This document shows, piece after piece, positions 41,375 through 50,903 of a stretch of DNA of 64,000 nt (position 1 is its first letter; the number at the start of each line of letters is the position of its first letter). Both the position numbers and the translations under genes were made by a program. Under the pieces are notes generated by a model. That model was given only the letters and a program-made list of their open reading frames with translations, was not told where the DNA came from and searched no databases. The stretch lies in NCBI GenBank assembly GCA_028716245.1, contig JAQUQW010000001.1:232793-296792 (forward strand), in the 5' to 3' direction. Source of the stretch: Candidatus Omnitrophota bacterium. Its GTDB lineage: Bacteria; Omnitrophota; Gorgyraeia; Gygaellales; Profunditerraquicolaceae.

Positions 41375-41674
41375 TTGGTAAACATGGGAAAGATAAAAGG
41401 GCAATTAGAATACGAGAAGTTTAAAGAAAGCAAGCCGTTAACCCGGAAAGAGGCGATCTTGGCGCAATGTTATGTATGCAACGGGGAAGATGAGGGCGGT
41501 GAGGATTGCCATGGGTTAAGCTGTCCGTTATACCGATTTCACCCCTATAAGCAGGGGAAAGGTACTGTTGCGCCAAGAAAATCGATTCTACGCGCTGAAA
41601 GTGGCAGTTCTATGGCTTCTCAAGGCAAGGAAATGGCAGGTGTCGGGGTTAGTAGCTTAGTGGTGGCAATATGA
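41375..41674 (+). CDS. Small Cys-rich (zinc-finger-like) hypothetical protein
   Basis: CYVCNGEDEGGEDCHGLSCPLYRF. The alternative start is 41384. Confidence 0.4.
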   Translation: MVNMGKIKGQLEYEKFKESKPLTRKEAILAQCYVCNGEDEGGEDCHGLSCPLYRFHPYKQGKGTVAPRKSILRAESGSSMASQGKEMAGVGVSSLVVAI

Positions 41675-41901
41675 TTAAGGAAGCGATAATGACAGAGCGG
41701 GGATGGGATGCTTTAGAGATAAAGCTCAAGGCCCGCGGTCTATCTGGTCCGGAAATACAGGAGGCCCGGAAATCTTTTCAGGATGGCATAGAAACTTTGT
41801 GTAAAATGTTTTTACTGAACTGTTCAGTTGATAATAAACCTGTTGTTTAAGGTTGGATATTATTATATACTGATTCCCATAAAACGGCGTGAGGCGTTAG
41901 A

Positions 41902-43572
41902 ATGAGAGTTGCGTTATATACCAGAGTAAGTACGGAGGATCAGGCGCGCGAAGGTTTCTCTCTTGAAGTGCAGAGGACCTATCTTCTGCAACACGCGAGA
42001 AATTCCGGCTGGGAAGTTTTTTGCAGCATATCAGGCCAGGATGTTTATATGGATGATGGATATTCTGGCGGTACTATGGATCGGCCGGCATTGCAGAGGC
42101 TTCTATTTGACGCGCGTAATAAGCAGTTTGACCTGGTGTTGGTATATAAGCAGGATCGTTTGAGTAGGAAACTGAAGGACCTTCTGGCACTGCTTGAGGA
42201 ATTTGAGAATCTGGGTATAGGTTACAAATCAGCTACAGAACCATTCGATACTACGTCCAGCGCGGGCAAGATGGCAATACAAATGCTCGGCAGCTGTGCG
42301 GAGTTTGAACGGAATCGTCTCGTTGAACGCGTTTTCCCCGGGATGGTAGTCGGTGTTAATAAAGGACACTGGCAAGGCGCACGCTATGCGCCGTATGGAT
42401 ATCGCTATAACAAAGAGATTAAGAAACTGGAGATCTATCCGGAAGAAGCAAAGATTGTAAAAGAGATTTATGTTATGTATCTTGGTGGTAAGAGTACTTC
42501 ACAAATTGCCGGGCATTATTATGCTCTTGGGATTCCTTCAAGGCAAGGAGGGAAATTTTATAACAAGTTTATCTCTAATATCCTGCAAAATAAGGCGTAT
42601 TTAGGAATATTGGTATGGAATAAACGGCACTATGACACGAAAGCGAAGACTAAGAATGGAGATGGCAAAGGGTATCGGTACGTTAATAACGATTCGTCCA
42701 AGATAATAGAGGTGTCTAATACCCACGAGGCGATTATTACTCAAAAAGAATTCGATGAAGTTGCCAGGCTTCTTAAGCGTAACCGGACTAATAGCGTAGT
42801 TAGATTCAGAAATAACGTCTATCATTTATCTGGTATTTTGAAATGCAATGAGTGCGGAGGTAATTACCGCGGAATGACCGCGACTGTTAACCACCGGACC
42901 AAGGACCGGCGGCCGTGGTATAGGTGCTCTTCCAAAGGAGTGCCGTATATTAAATGTAGCAATAAATCAGTTACGGCAGACGCTATCAACAGACAGGTAT
43001 GGGATATTGTGGATGTGGTAGCGCGAAATTTACACGTCCTGGAGGCACTCGGAGATATGATTAAACTGAGCGCCTCTGAGCCTGAGCAGTTGTATGTGGA
43101 GCAGCTGGAAGAGAAAGAAACTCTCCTGCATAAAAACCTTGAGAAACAGAAGGGGCTTTATGAGGTATTCGCCTCTGATAGTATCAATCTTGAGATTTAC
43201 AAAGAGCGGGCCGAGATGTTACGGAACGAAGAGAAGAAGTTCAAGCAAGATATAAAAGCGGTTCAGTTAAAGATTCTGGAGAAAAGGAACGCGGTCGATC
43301 TGACGAAGGCGGCGCAGGACTTTCTTTTACGGCTGCGGAGCAATCCGAGTAATGTACAGATGGACTACCTGGTTAAAACCTTTATGCGGATTCTCTTTAA
43401 GTCTATCTATATTCAGAACCAGGAAATCGTGAAATTTGACCTTAATCAACCTTGGAAGATGTGTTACGAAGAAGGGACAAAATGGCTGAAAACAGAGCAA
43501 ATACAGGCAGTTCCGGAGGCAAAAGCCCGAAGAAGTTACGAGTGCTTTTGCGCACCTTCGGATGCCAGATGA
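41902..43572 (+). CDS. Large serine recombinase (integrase)
   Basis: N-terminal resolvase domain VALYTRVSTEDQ. A recombinase domain is present. The zinc ribbon is CNECGG...YRCSSKGVPYIKC. A coiled-coil C-terminus is present. 556 aa. Confidence 0.9.
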   Translation: MRVALYTRVSTEDQAREGFSLEVQRTYLLQHARNSGWEVFCSISGQDVYMDDGYSGGTMDRPALQRLLFDARNKQFDLVLVYKQDRLSRKLKDLLALLEEFENLGIGYKSATEPFDTTSSAGKMAIQMLGSCAEFERNRLVERVFPGMVVGVNKGHWQGARYAPYGYRYNKEIKKLEIYPEEAKIVKEIYVMYLGGKSTSQIAGHYYALGIPSRQGGKFYNKFISNILQNKAYLGILVWNKRHYDTKAKTKNGDGKGYRYVNNDSSKIIEVSNTHEAIITQKEFDEVARLLKRNRTNSVVRFRNNVYHLSGILKCNECGGNYRGMTATVNHRTKDRRPWYRCSSKGVPYIKCSNKSVTADAINRQVWDIVDVVARNLHVLEALGDMIKLSASEPEQLYVEQLEEKETLLHKNLEKQKGLYEVFASDSINLEIYKERAEMLRNEEKKFKQDIKAVQLKILEKRNAVDLTKAAQDFLLRLRSNPSNVQMDYLVKTFMRILFKSIYIQNQEIVKFDLNQPWKMCYEEGTKWLKTEQIQAVPEAKARRSYECFCAPSDAR

Positions 43573-44690
43573 ATGAGCGGGATTCAGAGGTGATCGGCGG
43601 TTTGCTCAAAAAATCGGGTTATCAAATCAGCGCAAGCGATAAAGAGGCGGATGTTATTATTTTTAACACCTGTTCAGTACGCAAGCACGCTGAAGACAGG
43701 GTGTGGAGCTTAATCGGCAGTTATAAGGGCTCTAAGATAATCGGCTTAGTTGGATGTATGGCCCAGAATTACAAAGAAAAAGCTTTTGAGCGGGATACCA
43801 ATATTAGTTTTGTTGTCGGACCGCAGGATATTGGGAAGATTCCGGAAGTGCTTGGTAAGATATTAAAAACAAGGGGACAGTCCCCGTCCGAGGACAGTCC
43901 CCTTTTATTGGAACGCAAGATTTGGGAGACAGATAGCATTAGCCGCCCCGAAGAAATTTATCATACTGAATTTTATCAGGATAAAAATCATGCCCATGTA
44001 GTTATTTCCGAAGGATGCTCTAATTTTTGTTCTTATTGCGTAGTGCCTTACGTGCGCGGGCCGTTGCGTCATCGTAGAAGTAAAGATATCCTGGTTGAGA
44101 TTCAGGCTGCCATTGCGCGGGGAATAACCAGGGTGACACTTTTAGGCCAGAATGTTAATGCCTATTTAGATGGGAAAATTAATTTTAATAAGTTGCTTGC
44201 GCAGGTTAACGGCCTTGGCGGCCTAAAGGAGTTTGATTTTTTTACCTCCCATCCTAAGGACGCCAATACGGATTCTTTTAAAGCAATCCGTGACCTGGAT
44301 AAATTAGTTAAGCGATTGCATTTACCGCTGCAGTCAGGCTCAGACAGGATTCTTAAATTAATGAATAGAGGGTATTCGGTAAAAGAATACTTGGATTTAA
44401 TCGATTCTTATCGTAAAATTGTTAAAGGCGGCTTGTTGACCACGGATATTATCGCAGGGTTTCCGACAGAGACTGAAAAAGAGTTTAAGGAAACTTACAA
44501 TCTGGTTAAAAAGATAGAGTTTAACGCGGCTTATCTTTTTAAGTATTCATCCCGGCCGGGAACGCAGGCGGAAAAAATTGGCGCAGACTTAAGCAAAGAA
44601 GAAAAAGAAAAACGGCATAAACAGATCCTGGATTTACAGAGGGATATCTCAAAAAAGTTAAGACAGAAACATGCAGATGGAAAAGAATAA
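43482..44690 (+). CDS. miaB: tRNA-2-methylthio-N6-dimethylallyladenosine synthase (radical SAM methylthiotransferase)
   Basis: MTTase N-terminus FGCQMNERDSE. Radical SAM CSNFCSYC and a TRAM domain are present. The start is ambiguous: ATG 43452 or ATG 43482. Both lie inside the 3' end of the integrase ORF, in another frame. Confidence 0.85.
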   Translation: MAENRANTGSSGGKSPKKLRVLLRTFGCQMNERDSEVIGGLLKKSGYQISASDKEADVIIFNTCSVRKHAEDRVWSLIGSYKGSKIIGLVGCMAQNYKEKAFERDTNISFVVGPQDIGKIPEVLGKILKTRGQSPSEDSPLLLERKIWETDSISRPEEIYHTEFYQDKNHAHVVISEGCSNFCSYCVVPYVRGPLRHRRSKDILVEIQAAIARGITRVTLLGQNVNAYLDGKINFNKLLAQVNGLGGLKEFDFFTSHPKDANTDSFKAIRDLDKLVKRLHLPLQSGSDRILKLMNRGYSVKEYLDLIDSYRKIVKGGLLTTDIIAGFPTETEKEFKETYNLVKKIEFNAAYLFKYSSRPGTQAEKIGADLSKEEKEKRHKQILDLQRDISKKLRQKHADGKE

Positions 44691-45447
44691 ATTATTATTT
44701 GTATCTTTAATTTTTTTTATAATTCCCGCGATAGCTCAGGCGGCGGATTTGGACAGCTTGAAGGCTGACTTCTTGCAGGGAAATTATCGCCGGGTTATTT
44801 TTGAAGCCCAGCCGCTTGCTGACAGGGCTGATGCCGGCAAAGCTGAGGAATTAAATTACATTTTAGGTTTAAGCTACCTTAAGGAAGGCAAATTAGAGCA
44901 AGCTCATGACTGTTTTAAACATATTTTAAGTACTTCATCCGGCAAATTCAAGGCGCCTGCAAACCTGGGCCTGGCCGATACTTATTTAATGGCTGGCAGA
45001 TTTCAGGAAGCTCGGGATATCTACGATAAGTTGATCGTTGATGATTCAGACAGCAGCCAAAAGGCGGCGGTATTGTACCGCTTGAGCCAATTAGAGTTTA
45101 AAAAAGGCGATATTCAGCAAGGCAATGATTATTTGTTTAAGTTAAGAAGGGAGTTTCCTTTAAGCCCGGAATTAAGATTGGAAAAAGGGTTGTCTTTAAT
45201 TACTCCGCCAGCTCCATCGGTAAAGGATACCGGCGCAGAATATTCTGTACAGGTAGGTTTTTTTACCAATAGCAGCAATGCGGATATTCTTAAAAATAAA
45301 TTATTGGCTGGAAATTACCCTGCTTATCTGGAAGATTCCGGCGCAGGTTACCGGGTAAGAGTTGGCAAGTTTAAAACCCAGCAAGAAGCATTGGAATTAG
45401 AGGGCAAACTTTCCAAAGAAGGTTTCCAAACCAAGATTTGTCCGTAG
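44671..45447 (+). CDS. Secreted TPR-repeat protein with a C-terminal SPOR (peptidoglycan-binding) domain
   Basis: Signal peptide ...AIAQA, TPR-like helices, and a C-terminal YSVQVGFF...YRVRVGKFKTQQEA SPOR signature. Confidence 0.65.
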   Translation: MQMEKNKLLFVSLIFFIIPAIAQAADLDSLKADFLQGNYRRVIFEAQPLADRADAGKAEELNYILGLSYLKEGKLEQAHDCFKHILSTSSGKFKAPANLGLADTYLMAGRFQEARDIYDKLIVDDSDSSQKAAVLYRLSQLEFKKGDIQQGNDYLFKLRREFPLSPELRLEKGLSLITPPAPSVKDTGAEYSVQVGFFTNSSNADILKNKLLAGNYPAYLEDSGAGYRVRVGKFKTQQEALELEGKLSKEGFQTKICP

Positions 45448-45453
45448 TATCTT

Positions 45454-46378
45454 ATGTTAAAAAAAAAAGATAATTTTTCTGGTTGGTCCTACCGGTATCG
45501 GTAAATCCGCGGTAGCCATAAGCCTGGCTAAAAAAATCAACGCCGAAATTGTTTCTTGCGATTCGATGCAGGTATACCGGAAGATGGATATCATTACTTC
45601 AAAGGTCGCTTTAGCGCAAAGGAAAAAAATCAAACACCATTTACTCGGGATACTTAATCCCACTCAGGAATATGATGTTGCTAAATACCGCCAAGACGCC
45701 TTGTCAATTTGCGAAAAAATATTTTTAAAAGGCAAGATCCCCCTGTTCACCGGAGGTACCGGGCTTTACTATTCGATTATTATTGACGGATTATTTCCCG
45801 CAGTCCCGCAGGATAAAATAATCCGGACGAAATTAAATAAACAGTTAGCGCTTAAGGGCAGCGCGTATCTTTATAAAAAATTAACTGAAATTGACCCGCA
45901 AGCCAGCGCCAAAATCCACCCTAATGATGCCCGCAGGATTATCCGGGCCCTGGAAGTTTATTTAAAAACCGGCAAACGGATTTCGCTGTTACAGAAAAAC
46001 AGGATCGGGCTGGGCCAGGAATATAAAATAAAGGTTTTTGGATTAAACGCGAAGAGAAAGTTTCTTTATGATCGGATCGACCGCAGAGCCGATGAAATGT
46101 TTGATTTAGGATTAATTAACGAAGTTAGGAGACTGCTTAAACAGAAATTAAGCAAGACTGCTGTTTGCGCAATCGGGATCCGCCAGCTAAAAGGGTATTT
46201 CGACGGCCTGTATTCTTTAAGCGATGCCCGGCGCCTTATTCAGCGGGACAGCCGCCATTACGCTAAACGTCAGCTTACCTGGTTTAGAAAAGACAAACGT
46301 ATTGCTTGGATTAATATTAAGGAAAAAGAAACCCCCGGAGAAATTGCCAAACGCATTTATGCCAAAATTCTACGATAA
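45454..46378 (+). CDS. miaA: tRNA dimethylallyltransferase. The N-terminus is out of frame at an A10 homopolymer (45459-45468).
   Basis: P-loop IIFLVGPTGIGKSA plus the complete MiaA body in frame 2. The ATG at 45454 is in frame 1 and terminates at 45502. A9 instead of A10 would restore a single ORF. Confidence 0.75.
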
Positions 46379-46380
46379 CT

Positions 46381-47640
46381 ATGGAAAAAGCCCTCTTAGT
46401 CAGCATTCAATTAAAAACAGATAAAGGCCATTGGCGCATCGAAGATATTTCTTCGGAGCTGGAGGAGTTGGTGTTTTCAACTTCGGTTGAGGTGGTTGAG
46501 AATATAATTTGTATCTGTGATAAAGCCACCGCCAATTACCTTATCGGAAAAGGCAAGGTTGAGGAGATCAGCCTTATCGCCAATGAAGAAGGGGTGGATA
46601 CGGTAATCTTTAGCCATGATTTAAGCGGAACGCAGCAACGCAACCTGGAAGAGGCGATCGGTAAAAAAACCATCGACCGCACGCAATTAATTTTGGATAT
46701 TTTTTGCCGCCGGGCCAAGAGCCCTGAAGGCAAAATGCAGGTAGAATTAGCTCAATTGCAGTATTTGCTTCCGCGTTTGAGCGGTAAGGGGATAATGCTT
46801 TCAAATTTAGGCGGCGGTATCGGTACCCGCGGCCCCGGCGAAACCAAGCTTGAGGTTGACCGCCGCCAGATCCGCAAAAAGATCGATAAATTAAAGAATG
46901 ATCTTAAAGCATTTGGGTCCCACCGTTTGACCATGCATAAAAAAAGGGAGGCAAACAACTTGCCGGTAGTGGCGCTGGTTGGTTATACCAGCGCGGGCAA
47001 ATCTACGCTGCTTAACCGGCTGACCGAATCTAATCAGGTTACCTCGGAAAAATTATTTACGACCTTGGACCCGCTCTCTAAAAGCCTGCAGCTTCCTAAC
47101 GGGCAAAATATTATTGTTTCCGATACGGTGGGGTTTTTGCATGATCTTCCGCACCATTTAATCGAGGCTTTTAAAGCAACATTAGAGGAGGTTAATGACG
47201 CGGATTTATTAATCCATGTTTTAGATGTGGCTAACAGCCGGCTTTATCAGCATAATCAGGCTGTGCTTAGTGTTTTGGATGAACTGGGGATACATGAGAA
47301 GCCGATCTTAACGGCTTTAAATAAAATTGATTTAGTCGAGGATCGCTCCTGGCTGGAAGTTTCCCGAAAAGATTTTTCCGATTCTATCCTTTTGTCTGCC
47401 AAGACAGGAGAGAATTTAGGCGCATTGATTGAGCGGATCCAGGAGTATTTTTCCGGGCTCATGCTAAGTTTAAAAATAATCATTCCTCATGGCCGGATGG
47501 AACTGGTAGACTTTTTTTATCGGATGGCCAAAGTAAATAAGATCGATTATCTGCAAGAGGGGGTAAAGATTGATTTAAATATTCCCCGTAAGCTTTATGA
47601 TAAGATCGCCCAAGACAAAGATATAAAAATTATAAATTAG
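46381..47640 (+). CDS. hflX: GTPase HflX
   Basis: HflX N-domain plus G-domain GYTSAGKSTLLN...DTVGF. 419 aa. Confidence 0.9.
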   Translation: MEKALLVSIQLKTDKGHWRIEDISSELEELVFSTSVEVVENIICICDKATANYLIGKGKVEEISLIANEEGVDTVIFSHDLSGTQQRNLEEAIGKKTIDRTQLILDIFCRRAKSPEGKMQVELAQLQYLLPRLSGKGIMLSNLGGGIGTRGPGETKLEVDRRQIRKKIDKLKNDLKAFGSHRLTMHKKREANNLPVVALVGYTSAGKSTLLNRLTESNQVTSEKLFTTLDPLSKSLQLPNGQNIIVSDTVGFLHDLPHHLIEAFKATLEEVNDADLLIHVLDVANSRLYQHNQAVLSVLDELGIHEKPILTALNKIDLVEDRSWLEVSRKDFSDSILLSAKTGENLGALIERIQEYFSGLMLSLKIIIPHGRMELVDFFYRMAKVNKIDYLQEGVKIDLNIPRKLYDKIAQDKDIKIIN

Positions 47641-47663
47641 CACTCTGGTGATTTAACTGCTAA
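47637..47663 (+). promoter_or_regulatory. CIRCE-like HrcA operator, TTAGCACTC-N9-AACTGCTAA. A TTGACA-16-TAAAAT promoter follows at 47669-47696.
   Basis: The left half is a perfect CIRCE arm. The right half has 2 mismatches to GAGTGCTAA. It sits upstream of hrcA-grpE-dnaK-dnaJ. Confidence 0.6.
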
Positions 47664-47735
47664 TATTATTGACAAAATAGAAAATTATGTTAAAATCACC
47701 ACTTAACGTCAAACTGTTATATAGGAGATAAAAAA

Positions 47736-48470
47736 GTGCGTAGTGTTGATTATAGCTCCCGGAGAAAGTCAGTTTTAAACGCGGCGATCAACCGGTATAT
47801 CAAAAACGCGCTTCCCGTGGCTTCTGATGAAATCGCCGATGAATTTGATTTAAGTTCGGCAACGATCAGGAATATTTTTTCCGAACTTGATCAGTCTGGA
47901 TACTTAAAACATCCTTATACCTCAGGCGGCAGGGTTCCTACAGACAAGGGTTACCGTTATTACGTCGATTTCCTTATCCAGCAAATGGAGCTTATGGATG
48001 ATGAGAAGCAGCGTATTCTTAAGGATTGTAAAAGGAAGATGCGCCGGCTTGATGATACCCTGGAGAACACCTCAGAGGTAATCTCCGAGATTACCCATTA
48101 CGCCGGGATTGTTTCGTTTTTAGAGTGGCAGGATAAGATTTTTTACAAAGGGATCAGCCGGATATTGGATCAGCCGGAGTTTAGGGATGCTGATAAGATC
48201 CGCCTTTTGGTCAGGTTGATGGAGGATAAGAAGCGCCTATTGGATATCATTAACCGGGATTTCTCCGGTAAGGTGAAGGTTTATATCGGGAGTGAACTGG
48301 GTTTTCCGGAAATGGAGAGTTGTTCTTTGGTTGTCTCCAGCTTTAAGCTTAAGAACCAGCCATCAGGGAGGCTGGCGGTATTGGGCCCGATGCGTATGGA
48401 ATACAATCATATTATTCCGGCGATGGAATATATTTCCGATGTTTTAAGCCAGGTCTTGGAGGAGTTTTAA
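47736..48470 (+). CDS. hrcA: Heat-inducible transcription repressor HrcA (short form, 244 aa)
   Basis: GTG start after AGGAG. The winged-helix N-terminus is ...NRYIKNALPVASDEIADEFDLSSATIRN. Confidence 0.8.
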   Translation: MRSVDYSSRRKSVLNAAINRYIKNALPVASDEIADEFDLSSATIRNIFSELDQSGYLKHPYTSGGRVPTDKGYRYYVDFLIQQMELMDDEKQRILKDCKRKMRRLDDTLENTSEVISEITHYAGIVSFLEWQDKIFYKGISRILDQPEFRDADKIRLLVRLMEDKKRLLDIINRDFSGKVKVYIGSELGFPEMESCSLVVSSFKLKNQPSGRLAVLGPMRMEYNHIIPAMEYISDVLSQVLEEF

Positions 48471-48473
48471 AAT

Positions 48474-48998
48474 ATGGAAGAGCATAAAAATAATAAAAAA
48501 GAAGAAAAAACGGTTACCTTAAACGAAGCCGAATATTTGGCGCTTTTGGAAGAGGCAAAAAAAGGCAAGGATAGCTGGGACAAAATGCTCAGGAATCAGG
48601 CTGACCTGGAAAATACCCGTAAGCGTTTAGACCGGGAAAAACAGGAATTTATAAAATTTGCCAATGAAGGTTTGGTGCTGGATCTGCTCAATGTGCTTGA
48701 TGATCTTGAGCGGACGGTTAATTTAGCGGAATCAACTAAACAGGATCTGGCCGCTTTTTTAAAAGGCGTAGAGATGATCCTGGCACATTTATATGAAATG
48801 TTAAAAGAGCATGGAGTAAAGCCGATTGAGGCCGAGGGTAAAATATTTGATCCAAATTACCACGAAGCCTTAATGCAGGTTGAAAGCAAGGATTTACCGG
48901 AACATACAATAATTGAGGTTTTACAAAAAGGATATTTAATTCACGAGCGGGTACTGCGTACCGCTAAAGTAAAAGTTTCGAAAAAAACGGGAGGTTGA
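48474..48998 (+). CDS. grpE: Nucleotide exchange factor GrpE
   Basis: GrpE coiled-coil plus beta-domain. 174 aa. Confidence 0.9.
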   Translation: MEEHKNNKKEEKTVTLNEAEYLALLEEAKKGKDSWDKMLRNQADLENTRKRLDREKQEFIKFANEGLVLDLLNVLDDLERTVNLAESTKQDLAAFLKGVEMILAHLYEMLKEHGVKPIEAEGKIFDPNYHEALMQVESKDLPEHTIIEVLQKGYLIHERVLRTAKVKVSKKTGG

Positions 48999-48999
48999 T

Positions 49000-50901
49000 A
49001 TGGCAAAGGTGATTGGTATTGATTTGGGGACATCTAACTCAGCGGCAGCGGTTATGGAAGGGGGCAGGCCGGTAATTATTCCCTCGGCAGAAGGCGCCGG
49101 AGTTGCTTCGGGTAAAGCTTTTCCTTCTTATGTAGCTTTTACTAAAGACGGACAGCGTTTAGTCGGTGAGCCGGCAAGGCGCCAGGCAGCCATTAACGCC
49201 GAAGGGACAATTCAAGCGGCTAAGCGCAAGATGGGTACGGATTTTAAATTCAAAGTTTATGGCAAAGAGTATACTCCGCAGCAGATTTCAGCGTTTATAT
49301 TACAGAAAATTAAACAGGATGCCGAGGCTTATTTGGGAGATAAGGTTGAGGATGTGGTCATTACCTGCCCGGCTTATTTTAACGATAATCAGCGCCAGGC
49401 AACTAAAGACGCCGGAGAAATCGCGGGGCTAAAAGTTTTGCGGATTATCAACGAACCTACAGCCGCCTGTCTTGCTTATGGCTTGGAGAAAGCAGGCAAA
49501 GAGCAGAAGATCATGGTTTTTGATTTAGGCGGAGGTACACTGGATGTAACAATTATGGAAATGGCCCAAGGTGTGTTTCATGTACAGTCAACCAGCGGGG
49601 ATACGCAGTTGGGCGGTACGGATATGGATCGGGTGCTTCTTGAATATATTGTCGGTCAGTTTAAGCGCGAAACAGGTATTGAATTGATGAATGATAAGAT
49701 GGCAGTCCAGAGGGTGCGCGAAGCAGCGGAAAAGGCTAAGATTGAATTATCTTCTACTGTGAGTACGGATATTAACCTGCCTTTTATTACCGCTGATGCT
49801 ACCGGGCCTAAGCACTTAACCATGAATATTACGCGCGCGAAATTAGAGGATTTGGTTGGGCCGATCATTGAGAAATGCCGCCATCCTATGGAGCAAGCTT
49901 TGAATGACGCGAAATTAACCTCAAAAGAGGTTGACCGGATTATTATGGTCGGTGGGCCGACGCGTATGCCTATCGTGCAGAAATTTGTTGAGGATTATGT
50001 TGGTAAAAAGATCGAGCGTGGGGTTGATCCAATGGAATGCGTTGCTTTAGGAGCGGCAGTTCAGGCGGCAATTATTACCGGAGAGGTCAAAGACGTGCTT
50101 CTTTTGGATGTTACCCCGCTTTCTTTAGGTATTGAAACATTAGGCGGAGTAAATACCAAATTAATCGAAAGGAATGCCTCCATACCCACGCAAAAAAGCC
50201 AGATTTTTTCAACCGCGGCGGATAATCAAACCGCGGTTACCATCCGGGTCCTGCAGGGTGAACGTCAATTGGCAGATGATAATGTGGAATTAGGCAGGTT
50301 TGACCTGGTGGGTATTCCGGCTGCTCCGCGCGGTGTTCCGCAGATTGAGGTTAAATTCGATATCGACCGCGATGGGATCGTGCATGTATCTGCCAAAGAT
50401 TTAGGCACCGGTAAAGAACAGTCTATCCGGATTAGCGCTCCGAAAAAGCTGTCCAAGGAAGAAATTGATAAAATGGTTAAGGATGCCGAGAGGTTCGCGG
50501 CTGACGACGCCAAAAAGAAAGAGGAGATCGAGACAATTAATCAGGCGGATAACCTGGTATATGCGACTGAAAAATCGTTAAAGGATTATGGCGATAAGGT
50601 GGGCCAGGCCGAGCGGGCGGATATTGAAGCCAAGGCCAATGATTTAAAGGCAGCGATAAAAGATAAAAATGTAGACAGGATCAAGAAAGGTATGGAGGAG
50701 TTAACTAAAGTTTCGCACAAGCTTGCGGAGGAAATTTATAAGCAGGCTGCCGCCAAACAGCAGCAGTCGCAACAAGGCCAGGCTGGGTCGGGTCCAGGGC
50801 AAGAGGATGCCACTGAGGGGCCGGATAAAGGCGCGAAAAAAGACGAGGATATTATCGACGCTGAATATAAAGAAGAGGACAACGACGGTAAGAAAAAATA
50901 A
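49000..50901 (+). CDS. dnaK: Chaperone DnaK (Hsp70)
   Basis: [18 protein letters not shown], and a GPGQEDA C-terminal tail. Confidence 0.95.
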   Translation: MAKVIGIDLGTSNSAAAVMEGGRPVIIPSAEGAGVASGKAFPSYVAFTKDGQRLVGEPARRQAAINAEGTIQAAKRKMGTDFKFKVYGKEYTPQQISAFILQKIKQDAEAYLGDKVEDVVITCPAYFNDNQRQATKDAGEIAGLKVLRIINEPTAACLAYGLEKAGKEQKIMVFDLGGGTLDVTIMEMAQGVFHVQSTSGDTQLGGTDMDRVLLEYIVGQFKRETGIELMNDKMAVQRVREAAEKAKIELSSTVSTDINLPFITADATGPKHLTMNITRAKLEDLVGPIIEKCRHPMEQALNDAKLTSKEVDRIIMVGGPTRMPIVQKFVEDYVGKKIERGVDPMECVALGAAVQAAIITGEVKDVLLLDVTPLSLGIETLGGVNTKLIERNASIPTQKSQIFSTAADNQTAVTIRVLQGERQLADDNVELGRFDLVGIPAAPRGVPQIEVKFDIDRDGIVHVSAKDLGTGKEQSIRISAPKKLSKEEIDKMVKDAERFAADDAKKKEEIETINQADNLVYATEKSLKDYGDKVGQAERADIEAKANDLKAAIKDKNVDRIKKGMEELTKVSHKLAEEIYKQAAAKQQQSQQGQAGSGPGQEDATEGPDKGAKKDEDIIDAEYKEEDNDGKKK

Positions 50902-50903
50902 AG

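Larger units (their letters stand above)
29700..43572 (+). mobile_element. Integrated mobile genetic element; phage-satellite-like island. It encodes excisionase-like HTH, resolvase, RepO-like initiator, TerS and a large serine recombinase. No TerL, portal, capsid or tail genes are present.
   Basis: It carries recombinase, replication and packaging (TerS) genes, phage-type small ORFs with strong RBSs, and a leaderless promoter. It appears more AT-rich than flanking sequence. The right end abuts and overlaps miaB. The left boundary is uncertain, somewhere in 28.9-30.1 kb. Confidence 0.7.
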
